Positions 1 through 13,800 of a stretch of 64,000 bases of DNA are shown here, one piece after another. The translations under genes were made by a program, and so were the position numbers. This DNA comes from Auanema rhodensis. Lineage: Eukaryota > Animalia > Nematoda. Position 1 is the stretch's first letter; each line of letters opens with the position of its first letter. Below the pieces are notes generated by a model, which ran no database searches, was not told where the DNA came from, and saw only the letters and a program-made list of their open reading frames with translations. Location of the stretch: positions 2,728,001-2,792,000 of the forward strand of contig OZ059899.1 of assembly GCA_964057225.1 (NCBI GenBank), written 5' to 3'.

Positions 1-77
1 TGAATAACATTGTCCATCGTCTTTGCCTTGAAAAACGGAATCTAAAAACATCTACTTTTTGCTAAATTAATTTGAAA

Positions 78-89
78 TTTTTCGAAAAA
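78..89. repeat. Perfect 12-bp palindrome TTTTTCGAAAAA in each monomer (shown for monomer 1)
   Basis: Read directly; extends imperfectly to AAATTTTTCGAAAAAATTT. Confidence 0.9.
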
Positions 90-116
90 ATTTTTGTCAA
101 AATGTTTTTGGAAGCA

Positions 117-144
117 ATGTTGAGTGTACATGGAAACTCAACAT
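117..144. repeat. Monomer hairpin 1: ATGTTGAGT-(10 nt)-ACTCAACAT (shown for monomer 1)
   Basis: Perfect 9-bp inverted repeat at monomer positions 117-125 and 136-144. Confidence 0.9.
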
Positions 145-295
145 ACACTAATGCATCATTTTTCAAACGATCATAACTAATTTTTGTATTAAGCGTTTCT
201 CAATGTAGTATAGTGCATTCGATGCGGATTTTTGAGCTGCGTCGATCTGTGTTATCAGATTTGCGCTAGCTTAAAAATGCACCGAGATATCAACT

Positions 296-317
296 GATAT
301 AAGTTCACACTTATATC
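296..317. repeat. Monomer hairpin 3: GATATAAGT-TCAC-ACTTATATC (shown for monomer 1)
   Basis: Perfect 9-bp stem with a 4-nt loop at monomer positions 296-317. Confidence 0.9.
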
Positions 318-3300
318 CTCGATTTTCACCCTGAAGAATTAATTTTTTCGATGAATAACATTGTCCATCGTCTTTGCCTTGAAAAACGGAATCTAAAAAC
401 ATCTACTTTTCGCTAAATTATTTTGAAATTTTTCGAAAAAATTTTTGTCAAAATGTTTTTGGAAGCAATGTTGAGTGTACATGGAAACTCAACATACACT
501 AATGCATCATTTTTCAAACGATCATAACTAATTTTTGTATTAAGCGTTTCTCAATGTAGTATAGTGCATTCGATGCGGATTTTTGAGCAGCGTCGATCTG
601 TGTTATCAGATTTGCGCTAGCTTGAAAATGCACCGAGATATCAACTGATATAAGTTCACACTTATATCCTCGATTTTCACCCTGAAGAATTAATTTTTTC
701 GTTGAATAACATTGTCCATCGTCTTTGCCTTAAAAAACGGAATCTAAAAACATCTACTTTTCGCTAAATTATCTTGAAATTTTTCGAAAAAATTTTTGTC
801 AAAATGTTTTTGGAAGCAATGTTGAGTGTACATGGAAACTCAACATACACTAATGCATCATTTTTCAAACAATCATAACTAATTTTTGTATTAAGCGTTT
901 CTCAATGTATTATAGTGCATTCGATGCGGATTTTTGAGCTGCGTCGATCTGTGTTATCAGATTTGCGCTAGCTTAAAAAAGCACCGAGATATCAATTGAT
1001 ATAAGTTCACACTTATATCCTCGATTTTCACCCTGAAGAATTATTTTTTTCGTTGAATAACATTGTCCATCGTCTTTGCCTTGAAAAACGGAATCTAAAA
1101 ACATCTACTTTTTGCTAAATTAATTTGAAATTTTTCGAAAAAATTTTTGTCAAAATGTTTTTGGAAGCAATGTTGAGTGTACATGGAAACTCAACATACA
1201 CTAATGCATCATTTTTCAAACGATCATAACTAATTTTTGTATTAAGCGTTTCTCAATGTAGTATAGTGCATTCGATGCGGATTTTTGAGCTGCGTCGATC
1301 TGTGTTATCAGATTTGCGCTAGCTTAAAAAAGCACCGAGATATCAATTGATATAAGTTCACACTTATATCCTCGATTTTCACCCTGAAGAATTATTTTTT
1401 TCGTTGAATAACATTGTCCATCGTCTTTGCCTTGAAAAACGGAATCTAAAAACATCTACTTTTCGCTAAATTATCTTGAAATTTTTCGAAAAAATTTTTG
1501 TCAAAATGTTTTTGGAAGCAATGTTGAGTGTACATGGAAACTCAACATACACTAATGCATCATTTTTCAAACAATCATAACTAATTTTTGTATTAAGCGT
1601 TTCTCAATGTAGTATAGTGCATTCGATGCGGATTTTTGAGCTGCGTCGATCTGTGTTATCAGATTTGCGCTAGCTTAAAAAAGCACCGAGATATCAATTG
1701 ATATAAGTTCACACTTATATCCTCGATTTTCACCCTGAAGAATTATTTTTTTCGTTGAATAACATTGTCCATCGTCTTTGCCTTGAAAAACGGAATCTAA
1801 AAACATCTACTTTTTGCTAAATTAATTTGAAATTTTTCGAAAAAATTTTTGTCAAAATGTTTTTGGAAGCAATGTTGAGTGTACATGGAAACTCAACATA
1901 CACTAATGCATCATTTTTCAAACGATCATAACTAATTTTTGTATTAAGCGTTTCTCAATGTAGTATAGTGCATTCGATGCGGATTTTAGAGCTGCGTCGA
2001 TCTGTGTCATCAGATTTGCGCTAGCTTAAAAATGCACCGAGATATCAACTGATATAAGTTCACACTTATATCCTCGATTTTCACCCTGAAGAATTATTTT
2101 TTTCGTTGAATAACATTGTCCATCGTCTTTGCTTTGAAAAACGGAATCTAAAAACATCTACTTTTTGCTAAATTATTTTGAAATTTTTCGAAAAAATTTT
2201 TGTCAAAATGTTTTTGGAAGCAATGTTGTGTGTACATGGAAACTCAACATACACTAATGCATCATTTTTCAAACGATCATAACTAATTTTTGTATTAAGC
2301 GTTTCTCAATGTAGTATAGTGCATTCGATGCGGATTTTTAAGCTGCGTCGATCTGTGTTATCAGATTTGCGCTAGCTTGAAAATGCACCGAGATATCAAC
2401 TGATATAAGTTCACACTTATATCCTCGATTTTCACCCTGAAGAATTAATTTTTTCGTTGAATAACATTGTCCATCGTCTTTGCCTTGAAAAACGGAATCT
2501 AAAAACATCTACTTTTCGCTAAATTATCTTGAAATTTTTCGAAAAAATTTTTGTCAAAATGTTTTTGGAAGCAATGTTGTGTGTACATGGAAACTCAACA
2601 TACACTAATGCATCATTTTTCAAACGATCATAACTAATTTTTGTATTGAGCGTTTCTCAATGTAGTATAGTGCATTCGATGCGGATTTTTAAGCTGCGTC
2701 GATCTGTGTTATCAGATTTGCGCTAGCTTAAAAAAGCACCGAGATATCAACTGATATAAGTTCACACTTATATCTTCGATTTTCACCCTGAAGAATTATT
2801 TTTTTCGTTGAATAACATTGTCCATCGTCTTTGCCTTGAAAAACGAAATCTAAAAACATCTACTTTTTGCTAAATTATTTTGAAATTTTTCGAAAAAATT
2901 TTTGTCAAAATGTTTTTGGAAGCAATGTTGAGTGTACATGGAAACTCAACATACACTAATGCATCATTTTTCAAACGATCATAACTAATTTTTGTATTAA
3001 GCGTTTCTCAATGTAGTATAGTGCATTCGATGCGGATTTTAGAGCTGCGTCGATCTGTGTCATCAGATTTGCGCAAGCTTAAAAATGCACCGAGATATCA
3101 ACTGATATAAGTTCACACTTATATCCTCGATTTTCACCCTGAAGAATTATTTTTTTCGTTGAATAACATTGTCCATCGTCTTTGCTTTGAAAAACGGAAT
3201 CTAAAAACATCTACTTTTTGCTAAATTATTTTGAAATTTTTCGAAAAAATTTTTGTCAAAATGTTTTTGGAAGCAATGTTGAGTGTACATGGAAACTCAA

Positions 3301-4777
3301 CATACACTAATGCATCATTTTTCAAACGATCATAACTAATTTTTGTATTAAGCGTTTCTCAATGTAGTATAGTGCATTCGATGCGGATTTTTAAGCTGCG
3401 TCGATCTGTGTTATCAGATTTGCGCTAGCTTAAAAAAGCACCGAGATATCAACTGATATAAGTTCACACTTATATCCTCGATTTTCACCCTGAAGAATTA
3501 ATTTTTTCGTTGAATAACATTGTCCATCGTCTTTGCCTTGAAAAAAGGAATCTAAAAACATCTACTTTTTGCTAAATTATTTTGAAATTTTTCGAAAAAA
3601 TTTTTGTCAAAATGTTTTTGGAAGCAATGTTGAGTGTACATGGAAACTCAACATACACTAATGCATCATTTTCCAAACGATCATAACTAATTTTTGTATT
3701 AAGCGTTTCTTAATGTAGTATAGTGCATTCGATGCGGATTTTTGAGCTGCGTCGATCTGTGTTATCAGATTTGCGCTAGCTTAAAAAAGCACCGAGATAT
3801 CAACTGATATAAGTTCACACTTATATCCTCGATTTTCACCCTGAAGAATTAATTTTTTCGTTGAATAACATTGTCCATCGTCTTTGCCTTGAAAAACGGA
3901 ATCTAAAAACATCTACTTTTCGCTAAATTATCTTGAAATTTTTCGAAAAAATTTTTGCCAAAATGTTTTTGGAAGCAATGTTGAGTGTACATGGAAACTC
4001 AACATACACTAATGCATCATTTTTCAAACGATCATAACTAATTTTTGTATTAAGCGTTTCTCAATGTAGTATAGTGCATTCGATGCGGATTTTTAAGCTG
4101 CGTCGATCTGTGTTATCAGATTTACGCTAGCTTAAAAATGCACCGAGATATCAACTGATATAAGTTCACACTTATATCCTCGATTTTCACCCTGAAGAAT
4201 TAATTTTTTCGTTGAATAACATTGTCCATCGTCTTTGCCTTGAAAAATGGAATCTAAAAACATCTACTTTTCGCTAAATTATTTTGAAATTTTTCGAAAA
4301 AATTTTTGTCAAGCAATGTTGAGTGTACATGGAAACTCAACATACACTAATGCATCATTTTTCAAACGATCATAACTAATTTTTGTATCAAGCGTTTCTC
4401 AATGTAGTATAGTGCATTCGATGCGGATTTTTAAGCTGCGTCGATCTGTGTTATCAGATTTGCGCTAGCTTAAAAATGCACCGAGATATCAACTGATATA
4501 AGTTCACACTTATATCCTCGATTTTCACCCTGAAGAATTAATTTTTTCGTTGAATAACATTGTCCATCGTCTTTGCCTTGAAAAAAGGAATCTAAAAACA
4601 TCTACTTTTTGCTAAATTATTTTGAAATTTTTCGAAAAAATTTTTGTCAAAATGTTTTTGGAAGCAATGTTGAGTGTACATGGAAACTCAACATACACTA
4701 ATGCATCATTTTTCAAACGATCATAACTAATTTTTGTATTAAGCGTTTCTCAATGTAGTATAGTGCATTCGATGCGG

Positions 4778-4828
4778 ATTTTTAAGCTGCGTCGATCTGT
4801 GTTATCAGATTTGCGCTAGCTTAAAAAT
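4778..4828. repeat. Monomer hairpin 2: 51-nt near-continuous stem-loop (monomer positions 228-278, shown for monomer 14)
   Basis: ATTTTTAAGCT pairs with AGCTTAAAAAT (11 bp), GCG with CGC and ATCTG with CAGAT, around the loop TGTTAT. Confidence 0.85.
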
Positions 4829-7800
4829 GCACCGAGATATCAACTGATATAAGTTCACACTTATATCCTCGATTTTCACCCTGAAGAATTAATTTTTTCG
4901 TTGAATAACATTGTCCATCGTCTTTGCCTTGAAAAAAGGAATCTAAAAACATCTACTTTTTGCTAAATTATTTTGAAATTTTTCGAAAAAATTTTTGTCA
5001 AAATGTTTTTGGAAGCAATGTTGAGTGTACATGGAAACTCAACATACACTAATGCATCATTTTTCAAACGATCATAACTAATTTTTGTATTAAGCGTTTC
5101 TCAATGTAGTATAGTGCATTCGATGCGGATTTTTAAGCTGCGTCGATCTGTGTTATCAGATTTGCGCTAGCTTAAAAATGCACCGAGATATCAACTGATA
5201 TAAGTTCACACTTATATCCTCGATTTTCACCCTGAAGAATTAATTTTTTCGTTGAATAACATTGTTCATCGTCTTTGCCTTGAAAAATGGAATCTAAAAA
5301 CATCTACTTTTTGCTAAATTATTTTGAATTTTTTCGAAAAAAGTTTTGTCAAAATGTTTTTGGAAGCAATGTTGAGTGTACATGGAAACTCAACATACAC
5401 TAATGCATCATTTTTCAAACGATCATAACTAATTTGTGTATTAAGCGTTTCTCAATGTAGTATAGTGCATTCGATGCGGATTTTTAAGCTGCGTCGATCT
5501 GTGTTATCAGATTTGCGCTAGCTTAAAAATGCACCGAGATATCAACTGATATAAGTTCACACTTATATCCTCGATTTTCACCCTGAAGAATTAATTTTTT
5601 CGTTGAATAACATTGTCTATCGTCTTTGCCTTGAAAAATGGAATCTAAAAACATCTACTTTTTGCTAAATTATTTTGAAATTGTTCGAAAAAATTTTTGT
5701 CAAAATGTTTTTGGAAGCAATGTTGAGTGTACATGGAAACTCAACATACACTAATGCATCATTTTTCAAACGATCATAACTAATTTTTGTATCAAGCGTT
5801 TCTCAATGTAGTATAGTGCATTCGATGCGGATTTTTAAGCTGCGTCGATCTGTGTTATCAGATTTGCGCTAGCTTAAAAATGCACCGAGATATCAACTGA
5901 TATAAGTTCACACTTATATCCTCAATTTTCACCCTGAAGAATTAATTTTTTTGTTGAATAACATTGTCCATCGTCTTTGCCTTGAAAAATGGAATCTAAA
6001 AACATCTACTTTTCGCTAAATTATTTTGAAATTTTTCGAAAAAATTTTTGTCAAAATGTTTTTGGAAGCAATGTTGAGTGTACATGGAAACTCAACATAC
6101 ACTAATGCATCATTTTTCAAACGATCATAACTAATTTTTGTATCAAGCGTTTCTCAATGTAGTATAGTGCATTCGATGCGGATTTTTAAGCTGCGTCGAT
6201 CTGTGTTATCAGATTTGCGCTAGCTTAAAAATGCACCGAGATATCAACTGATATAAGTTCACACTTATATCCTCGATTTTCACCCTGAAGAATTAATTTT
6301 TTCGTTGAATAACATTGTCCATCGTCTTTGCCTTGAAAAAAGGAATCTAAAAACATCTACTTTTTGCTAAATTATTTTGAAATTTTTCGAAAAAATTTTT
6401 GTCAAAATGTTTTTGGAAGCAATGTTGAGTGTACATGGAAACTCAACATACACTAATGCATCATTTTTCAAACGATCATAACTAATTTTTGTATTAAGCG
6501 TTTCTCAATGTAGTATAGTGCATTCGATGCGGATTTTTAAGCTGCGTCGATCTGTGTTATCAGATTTGCGCTAGCTTAAAAATGCACCGAGATATCAACT
6601 GATATAAGTTCACACTTATATCCTCGATTTTCACCCTGAAGAATTAATTTTTTCGTTGAATAACATTGTCCATCGTCTTTGCCTTGAAAAAAGGAATCTA
6701 AAAACATCTACTTTTTGCTAAATTATTTTGAAATTTTTCGAAAAAATTTTTGTCAAAATGTTTTTGGAAGCAATGTTGAGTGTACATGGAAACTCAACAT
6801 ACACTAATGCATCATTTTTCAAACGATCATAACTAATTTTTGTATTAAGCGTTTCTCAATGTAGTATAGTGCATTCGATGCGGATTTTTAAGCTGCGTCG
6901 ATCTGTGTTATCAGATTTGCGCTAGCTTAAAAATGCACCGAGATATCAACTGATATAAGTTCACACTTATATCCTCGATTTTCACCCTGAAGAATTAATT
7001 TTTTCGTTGAATAACATTGTCCATCGTCTTTGCCTTGAAAAATGGAATCTAAAAACATCTACTTTTCGCTAAATTATTTTGAAATTTTTCGAAAAAATTT
7101 TTGTCAAAATGTTTTTGGAAGCAATGTTGAGTGTACATGGAAACTCAACATACACTAATGCATCATTTTTCAAACGATCATAACTAATTTTTGTATCAAG
7201 CGTTTCTCAATGTAGTATAGTGCATTCGATGCGGATTTTTAAGCTGCGTCGATCTGTGTTATCAGATTTGCGCTAGCTTAAAAATGCACCGAGATATCAA
7301 CTGATATAAGTTCACACTTATATCCTCGATTTTCACCCTGAAGAATTAATTTTTTCGTTGAATAACATTGTCCATCGTCTTTGCCTTGAAAAAAGGAATC
7401 TAAAAACATCTACTTTTTGCTAAATTATTTTGAAATTTTTCGAAAAAATTTTTGTCAAAATGTTTTTGGAAGCAATGTTGAGTGTACATGGAAACTCAAC
7501 ATACACTAATGCATCATTTTTCAAACGATCATAACTAATTTTTGTATTAAGCGTTTCTCAATGTAGTATAGTGCATTCGATGCGGATTTTTAAGCTGCGT
7601 CGATCTGTGTTATCAGATTTGCGCTAGCTTAAAAATGCACCGAGATATCAACTGATATAAGTTCACACTTATATCCTCGATTTTCACCCTGAAGAATTAA
7701 TTTTTTCGTTGAATAACATTGTCCATCGTCTTTGCCTTGAAAAATGGAATCTAAAAACATCTACTTTTCGCTAAATTATTTTGAAATTTTTCGAAAAAAT

Positions 7801-10800
7801 TTTTGTCAAAATGTTTTTGGAAGCAATGTTGAGTGTACATGGAAACTCAACATACACTAATGCATCATTTTTCAAACGATCATAACTAATTTGTGTATTA
7901 AGCGTTTCTCAATGTAGTATAGTGCATTCGATGCGGATTTTTAAGCTGCGTCGATCTGTGTTATCAGATTTGCGCTAGCTTAAAAATGCACCGAGATATC
8001 AACTGATATAAGTTCACACTTATATCCTCGATTTTCACCCTGAAGAATTAATTTTTTCGTTGAATAACATTGTCTATCGTCTTTGCCTTGAAAAATGGAA
8101 TCTAAAAACATCTACTTTTTGCTAAATTATTTTGAAATTGTTCGAAAAAATTTTTGTCAAAATGTTTTTGGAAGCAATGTTGAGTGTACATGGAAACTCA
8201 ACATACACTAATGCATCATTTTTCAAACGATCATAACTAATTTTTGTATCAAGCGTTTCTCAATGTAGTATAGTGCATTCGATGCGGATTTTTAAGCTGC
8301 GTCGATCTGTGTTATCAGATTTGCGCTAGCTTAAAAATGCACCGAGATATCAACTGATATAAGTTCACACTTATATCCTCAATTTTCACCCTGAAGAATT
8401 AATTTTTTCGTTGAATAACATTGTCCATCGTCTTTGCCTTGAAAAATGGAATCTAAAAACATCTACTTTTCGCTAAATTATTTTGAAATTTTTCGAAAAA
8501 ATTTTTGTCAAAATGTTTTTGGAAGCAATGTTGAGTGTACATGGAAACTCAACATACACTAATGCATCATTTTTCAAACGATCATAACTAATTTTTGTAT
8601 CAAGCGTTTCTCAATGTAGTATAGTGCATTCGATGCGGATTTTTAAGCTGCGTCGATCTGTGTTATCAGATTTGCGCTAGCTTAAAAATGCACCGAGATA
8701 TCAACTGATATAAGTTCACACTTATATCCTCGATTTTCACCCTGAAGAATTAATTTTTTCGTTGAATAACATTGTCTATCGTCTTTGCCTTGAAAAATGG
8801 AATCTAAAAACATCTACTTTTTGCTAAATTATTTTGAAATTTTTCGAAAAAATTTTTGTCAAAATGTTTTTGGAAGCAATGTTGAGTGTACATGGAAACT
8901 CAACATACACTAATGCATCATTTTTCAAACGATCATAACTAATTTTTGTATTAAGCGTTTCTCAATGTAGTATAGTGCATTCGATGCGGATTTTTAAGCT
9001 GCGTCGATCTGTGTTATCAGATTTGCGCTAGCTTAAAAATGCACCGAGATATCAACTGATATAAGTTCACACTTATATCCTCGATTTTCACCCTGAAGAA
9101 TTATTTTTTTCGTTGAATAACATTGTTCATCGTCTTTGCCTTGAAAAATGGAATCTAAAAACATCTATTTTTTGCTAAATTATTTTGAAATTTTTCGAAA
9201 AAAGTTTTGTCAAAATGTTTTTGGAAGCAATGTTGAGTGTACATGGAAACTCAACATACACTAATGCATCATTTTTCAAACGATCATAACTAATTTTTGT
9301 ATTAAGCGTTTCTCAATGTAGTATAGTGCATTCGATGCGGATTTTTAAGCTGCGTCGATCTGTGTTATCAGATTTGCGCTAGCTTAAAAATGCACCGAGA
9401 TATCAACTGATATAAGTTCACACTTATATCCTCGATTTTCACCCTGAAGAATTATTTTTTTCGTTGAATAACATTGTTCATCGTCTTTGCCTTGAAAAAT
9501 GGAATCTAAAAACATCTATTTTTTGCTAAATTATTTTGAAATTTTTCGAAAAAAGTTTTGTCAAAATGTTTTTGGAAGCAATGTTGAGTGTACATGGAAA
9601 CTCAACATACACTAATGCATCATTTTTCAAACGATCATAACTAATTTGTGTATTAAGCGTTTCTCAATGTAGTATAGTGCATTCGATGCGGATTTTTAAG
9701 CTGCGTCGATCTGTGTTATCAGATTTGCGCTAGCGTAAAAATGCACCGAGATATCAACTGATATAAGTTCACACTTATATCCTCGATTTTCACCCTGAAG
9801 AATTAATTTTTTCGTTGAATAACATTGTCTATCGTCTTTGCCTTAAAAAATGAAATCTAAAAACATCTACTTTTTGCTAAATTATTTTGAAATTTTTCGA
9901 AAAAATTTTTGTCAAAATGTTTTTGGAAGCAATGTTGAGTGTACATGGAAACTCAACATACACTAATGCATCATTTTTCAAACGATCATAACTAATTTTT
10001 GTATCGAGCGTTTCTCAATGTAGTATAGTGCATTCTATGCGGATTTTTAAGCTGCGTCGATTTGTGTTATCAGATTTGCGCTAGCTTAAAAATGCACCGA
10101 GATATCAACTGATATAAGTTCACACTTATATCCTCGATTTTCACCCTGAAGAATTAATTTTTTCGTTGAATAACATTGTCTATCGTCTTTGCCTTGAAAA
10201 ATGGAATCTAAAAACATCTACTTTTTGCTAAATTATTTTGAAATTTTTCGAAAAAATTTTTGTCAAAATGTTTTTGGAAGCAATGTTGAGTGTACATGGA
10301 AACTCAACATACACTAATGCATCATTTTTCAAACGATCATAACTAATTTTTGTATTAAGCGTTTCTCAATGTAGTATAGTGCATTCGATGCGGATTTTTA
10401 AGCTGCGTCGATCTGTGTTATCAGATTTGCGCTAGCTTAAAAATGCACCGAGATATCAACTGATATAAGTTCACACTTATATCCTCGATTTTCACCCTGA
10501 AGAAATAATTTTTTCGTTGAATAACATTGTCTATCGTCTTTGCCTTGAAAAATGGAATCTAAAAACATCTACTTTTTGCTAAATTATTTTGAAATTGTTC
10601 GAAAAAATTTTTGTCAAAATGTTTTTGGAAGCAATGTTGAGTGTACATGGAAACTCAACATACACTAATGCATCATTTTTCAAACGATCATAACTAATTT
10701 TTGTATCAAGCGTTTCTCAATGTAGTATAGTGCATTCGATGCGGATTTTTAAGCTGCGTCGATCTGTGTTATCAGATTTGCGCTAGCTTAAAAATGCACC

Positions 10801-10868
10801 GAGATATCAACTGATATAAGTTCACACTTATATCCTCAATTTTCACCCTGAAGAATTAATTTTTTCGT

Positions 10869-13800
10869 TGAATAACATTGTCCATCGTCTTTGCCTTGGA
10901 AAATGGAATCTAAAAACATCTACTTTTCGCTAAATTATTTTGAAATTTTTCGAAAAAATTTTTGTCAAAATGTTTTTGGAAGCAATGTTGAGTGTACATG
11001 GAAACTCAACATACACTAATGCATCATTTTTCAAACGATCATAACTAATTTTTGTATCAAGCGTTTCTCAATGTAGTATAGTGCATTCGATGCGGATTTT
11101 TAAGCTGCGTCGATCTGTGTTATCAGATTTGCGCTAGCTTAAAAATGCACCGAGATATCAACTGATATAAGTTCACACTTATATCCTCGATTTTCACCCT
11201 GAAGAATTAATTTTTTCGTTGAATAACATTGTCTATCGTCTTTGCCTTGAAAAATGGAATCTAAAAACATCTACTTTTTGCTAAATTATTTTGAAATTTT
11301 TCGAAAAAATTTTTGTCAAAATGTTTTTGGAAGCAATGTTGAGTGTACATGGAAACTCAACATACACTAATGCATCATTTTTCAAACGATCATAACTAAT
11401 TTTTGTATTAAGCGTTTCTCAATGTAGTATAGTGCATTCGATGCGGATTTTTAAGCTGCGTCGATCTGTGTTATCAGATTTGCGCTAGCTTAAAAATGCA
11501 CCGAGATATCAACTGATATAAGTTCACACTTATATCCTCGATTTTCACCCTGAAGAATTATTTTTTTCGTTGAATAACATTGTTCATCGTCTTTGCCTTG
11601 AAAAATGGAATCTAAAAACATCTATTTTTTGCTAAATTATTTTGAAATTTTTCGAAAAAAGTTTTGTCAAAATGTTTTTGGAAGCAATGTTGAGTGTACA
11701 TGGAAACTCAACATACACTAATGCATCATTTTTCAAACGATCATAACTAATTTTTGTATTAAGCGTTTCTCAATGTAGTATAGTGCATTCGATGCGGATT
11801 TTTAAGCTGCGTCGATCTGTGTTATCAGATTTGCGCTAGCTTAAAAATGCACCGAGATATCAACTGATATAAGTTCACACTTATATCCTCAATTTTCACC
11901 CTGAAGAATTAATTTTTTCGTTGAATAACATTGTCCATCGTCTTTGCCTTGGAAAATGGAATCTAAAAACATCTACTTTTCGCTAAATTATTTTGAAATT
12001 TTTCGAAAAAATTTTTGTCAAAATGTTTTTGGAAGCAATGTTGAGTGTACATGGAAACTCAACATACACTAATGCATCATTTTTCAAACGATCATAACTA
12101 ATTTTTGTATTAAGCGTTTCTCAATGTAGTATAGTGCATTCGATGCGGATTTTTAAGCTGCGTCGATCTGTGTTATCAGATTTGCGCTAGCTTAAAAATG
12201 CACCGAGATATCAACTGATATAAGTTCACACTTATATCCTCGATTTTCACCCTGAAGAATTAATTTTTTCGTTGAATAACATTGTCTATCGTCTTTGCCT
12301 TGAAAAATGGAATCTAAAAACATCTACTTTTTGCTAAATTATTTTGAAATTTTTCGAAAAAATTTTTGTCAAAATGTTTTTGGAAGCAATGTTGAGTGTA
12401 CATGGAAACTCAACATACACTAATGCATCATTTTTCAAACGATCATAACTAATTTTTGTATTAAGCGTTTCTCAATGTAGTATAGTGCATTCGATGCGGA
12501 TTTTTAAGCTGCGTCGATCTGTGTTATCAGATTTGCGCTAGCTTAAAAATGCACCGAGATATCAACTGATATAAGTTCACACTTATATCCTCGATTTTCA
12601 CCCTGAAGAATTATTTTTTTCGTTGAATAACATTGTTCATCGTCTTTGCCTTGAAAAATGGAATCTAAAAACATCTATTTTTTGCTAAATTATTTTGAAA
12701 TTTTTCGAAAAAAGTTTTGTCAAAATGTTTTTGGAAGCAATGTTGAGTGTACATGGAAACTCAACATACACTAATGCATCATTTTTCAAACGATCATAAC
12801 TAATTTTTGTATTAAGCGTTTCTCAATGTAGTATAGTGCATTCGATGCGGATTTTTAAGCTGCGTCGATCTGTGTTATCAGATTTGCGCTAGCTTAAAAA
12901 TGCACCGAGATATCAACTGATATAAGTTCACACTTATATCCTCAATTTTCACCCTGAAGAATTAATTTTTTCGTTGAATAACATTGTCCATCGTCTTTGC
13001 CTTGGAAAATGGAATCTAAAAACATCTACTTTTCGCTAAATTATTTTGAAATTTTTCGAAAAAATTTTTGTCAAAATGTTTTTGGAAGCAATGTTGAGTG
13101 TACATGGAAACTCAACATACACTAATGCATCATTTTTCAAACGATCATAACTAATTTTTGTATCAAGCGTTTCTCAATGTAGTATAGTGCATTCGATGCG
13201 GATTTTTAAGCTGCGTCGATCTGTGTTATCAGATTTGCGCTAGCTTAAAAATGCACCGAGATATCAACTGATATAAGTTCACACTTATATCCTCGATTTT
13301 CACCCTGAAGAATTAATTTTTTCGTTGAATAACATTGTCCATCGTCTTTGCCTTGGAAAATGGAATCTAAAAACATCTACTTTTCGCTAAATTATTTTGA
13401 AATTTTTCGAAAAAATTTTTGTCAAAATGTTTTTGGAAGCAATGTTGAGTGTACATGGAAACTCAACATACACTAATGCATCATTTTTCAAACGATCATA
13501 ACTAATTTTTGTATCAAGCGTTTCTCAATGTAGTATAGTGCATTCGATGCGGATTTTTAAGCTGCGTCGATCTGTGTTATCAGATTTGCGCTAGCTTAAA
13601 AATGCACCGAGATATCAACTGATATAAGTTCACACTTATATCCTCGATTTTCACCCTGAAGAATTAATTTTTTCGTTGAATAACATTGTCTATCGTCTTT
13701 GCCTTGAAAAATGGAATCTAAAAACATCTACTTTTTGCTAAATTATTTTGAAATTTTTCGAAAAAATTTTTGTCAAAATGTTTTTGGAAGCAATGTTGAG

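Noticed and set aside
245-269. Helitron 3' end (hairpin followed by CTAG) within the monomer
   Set aside because: The inner stem is short and AT-rich, the CTAG lies within the larger hairpin, and there are no other Helitron features.
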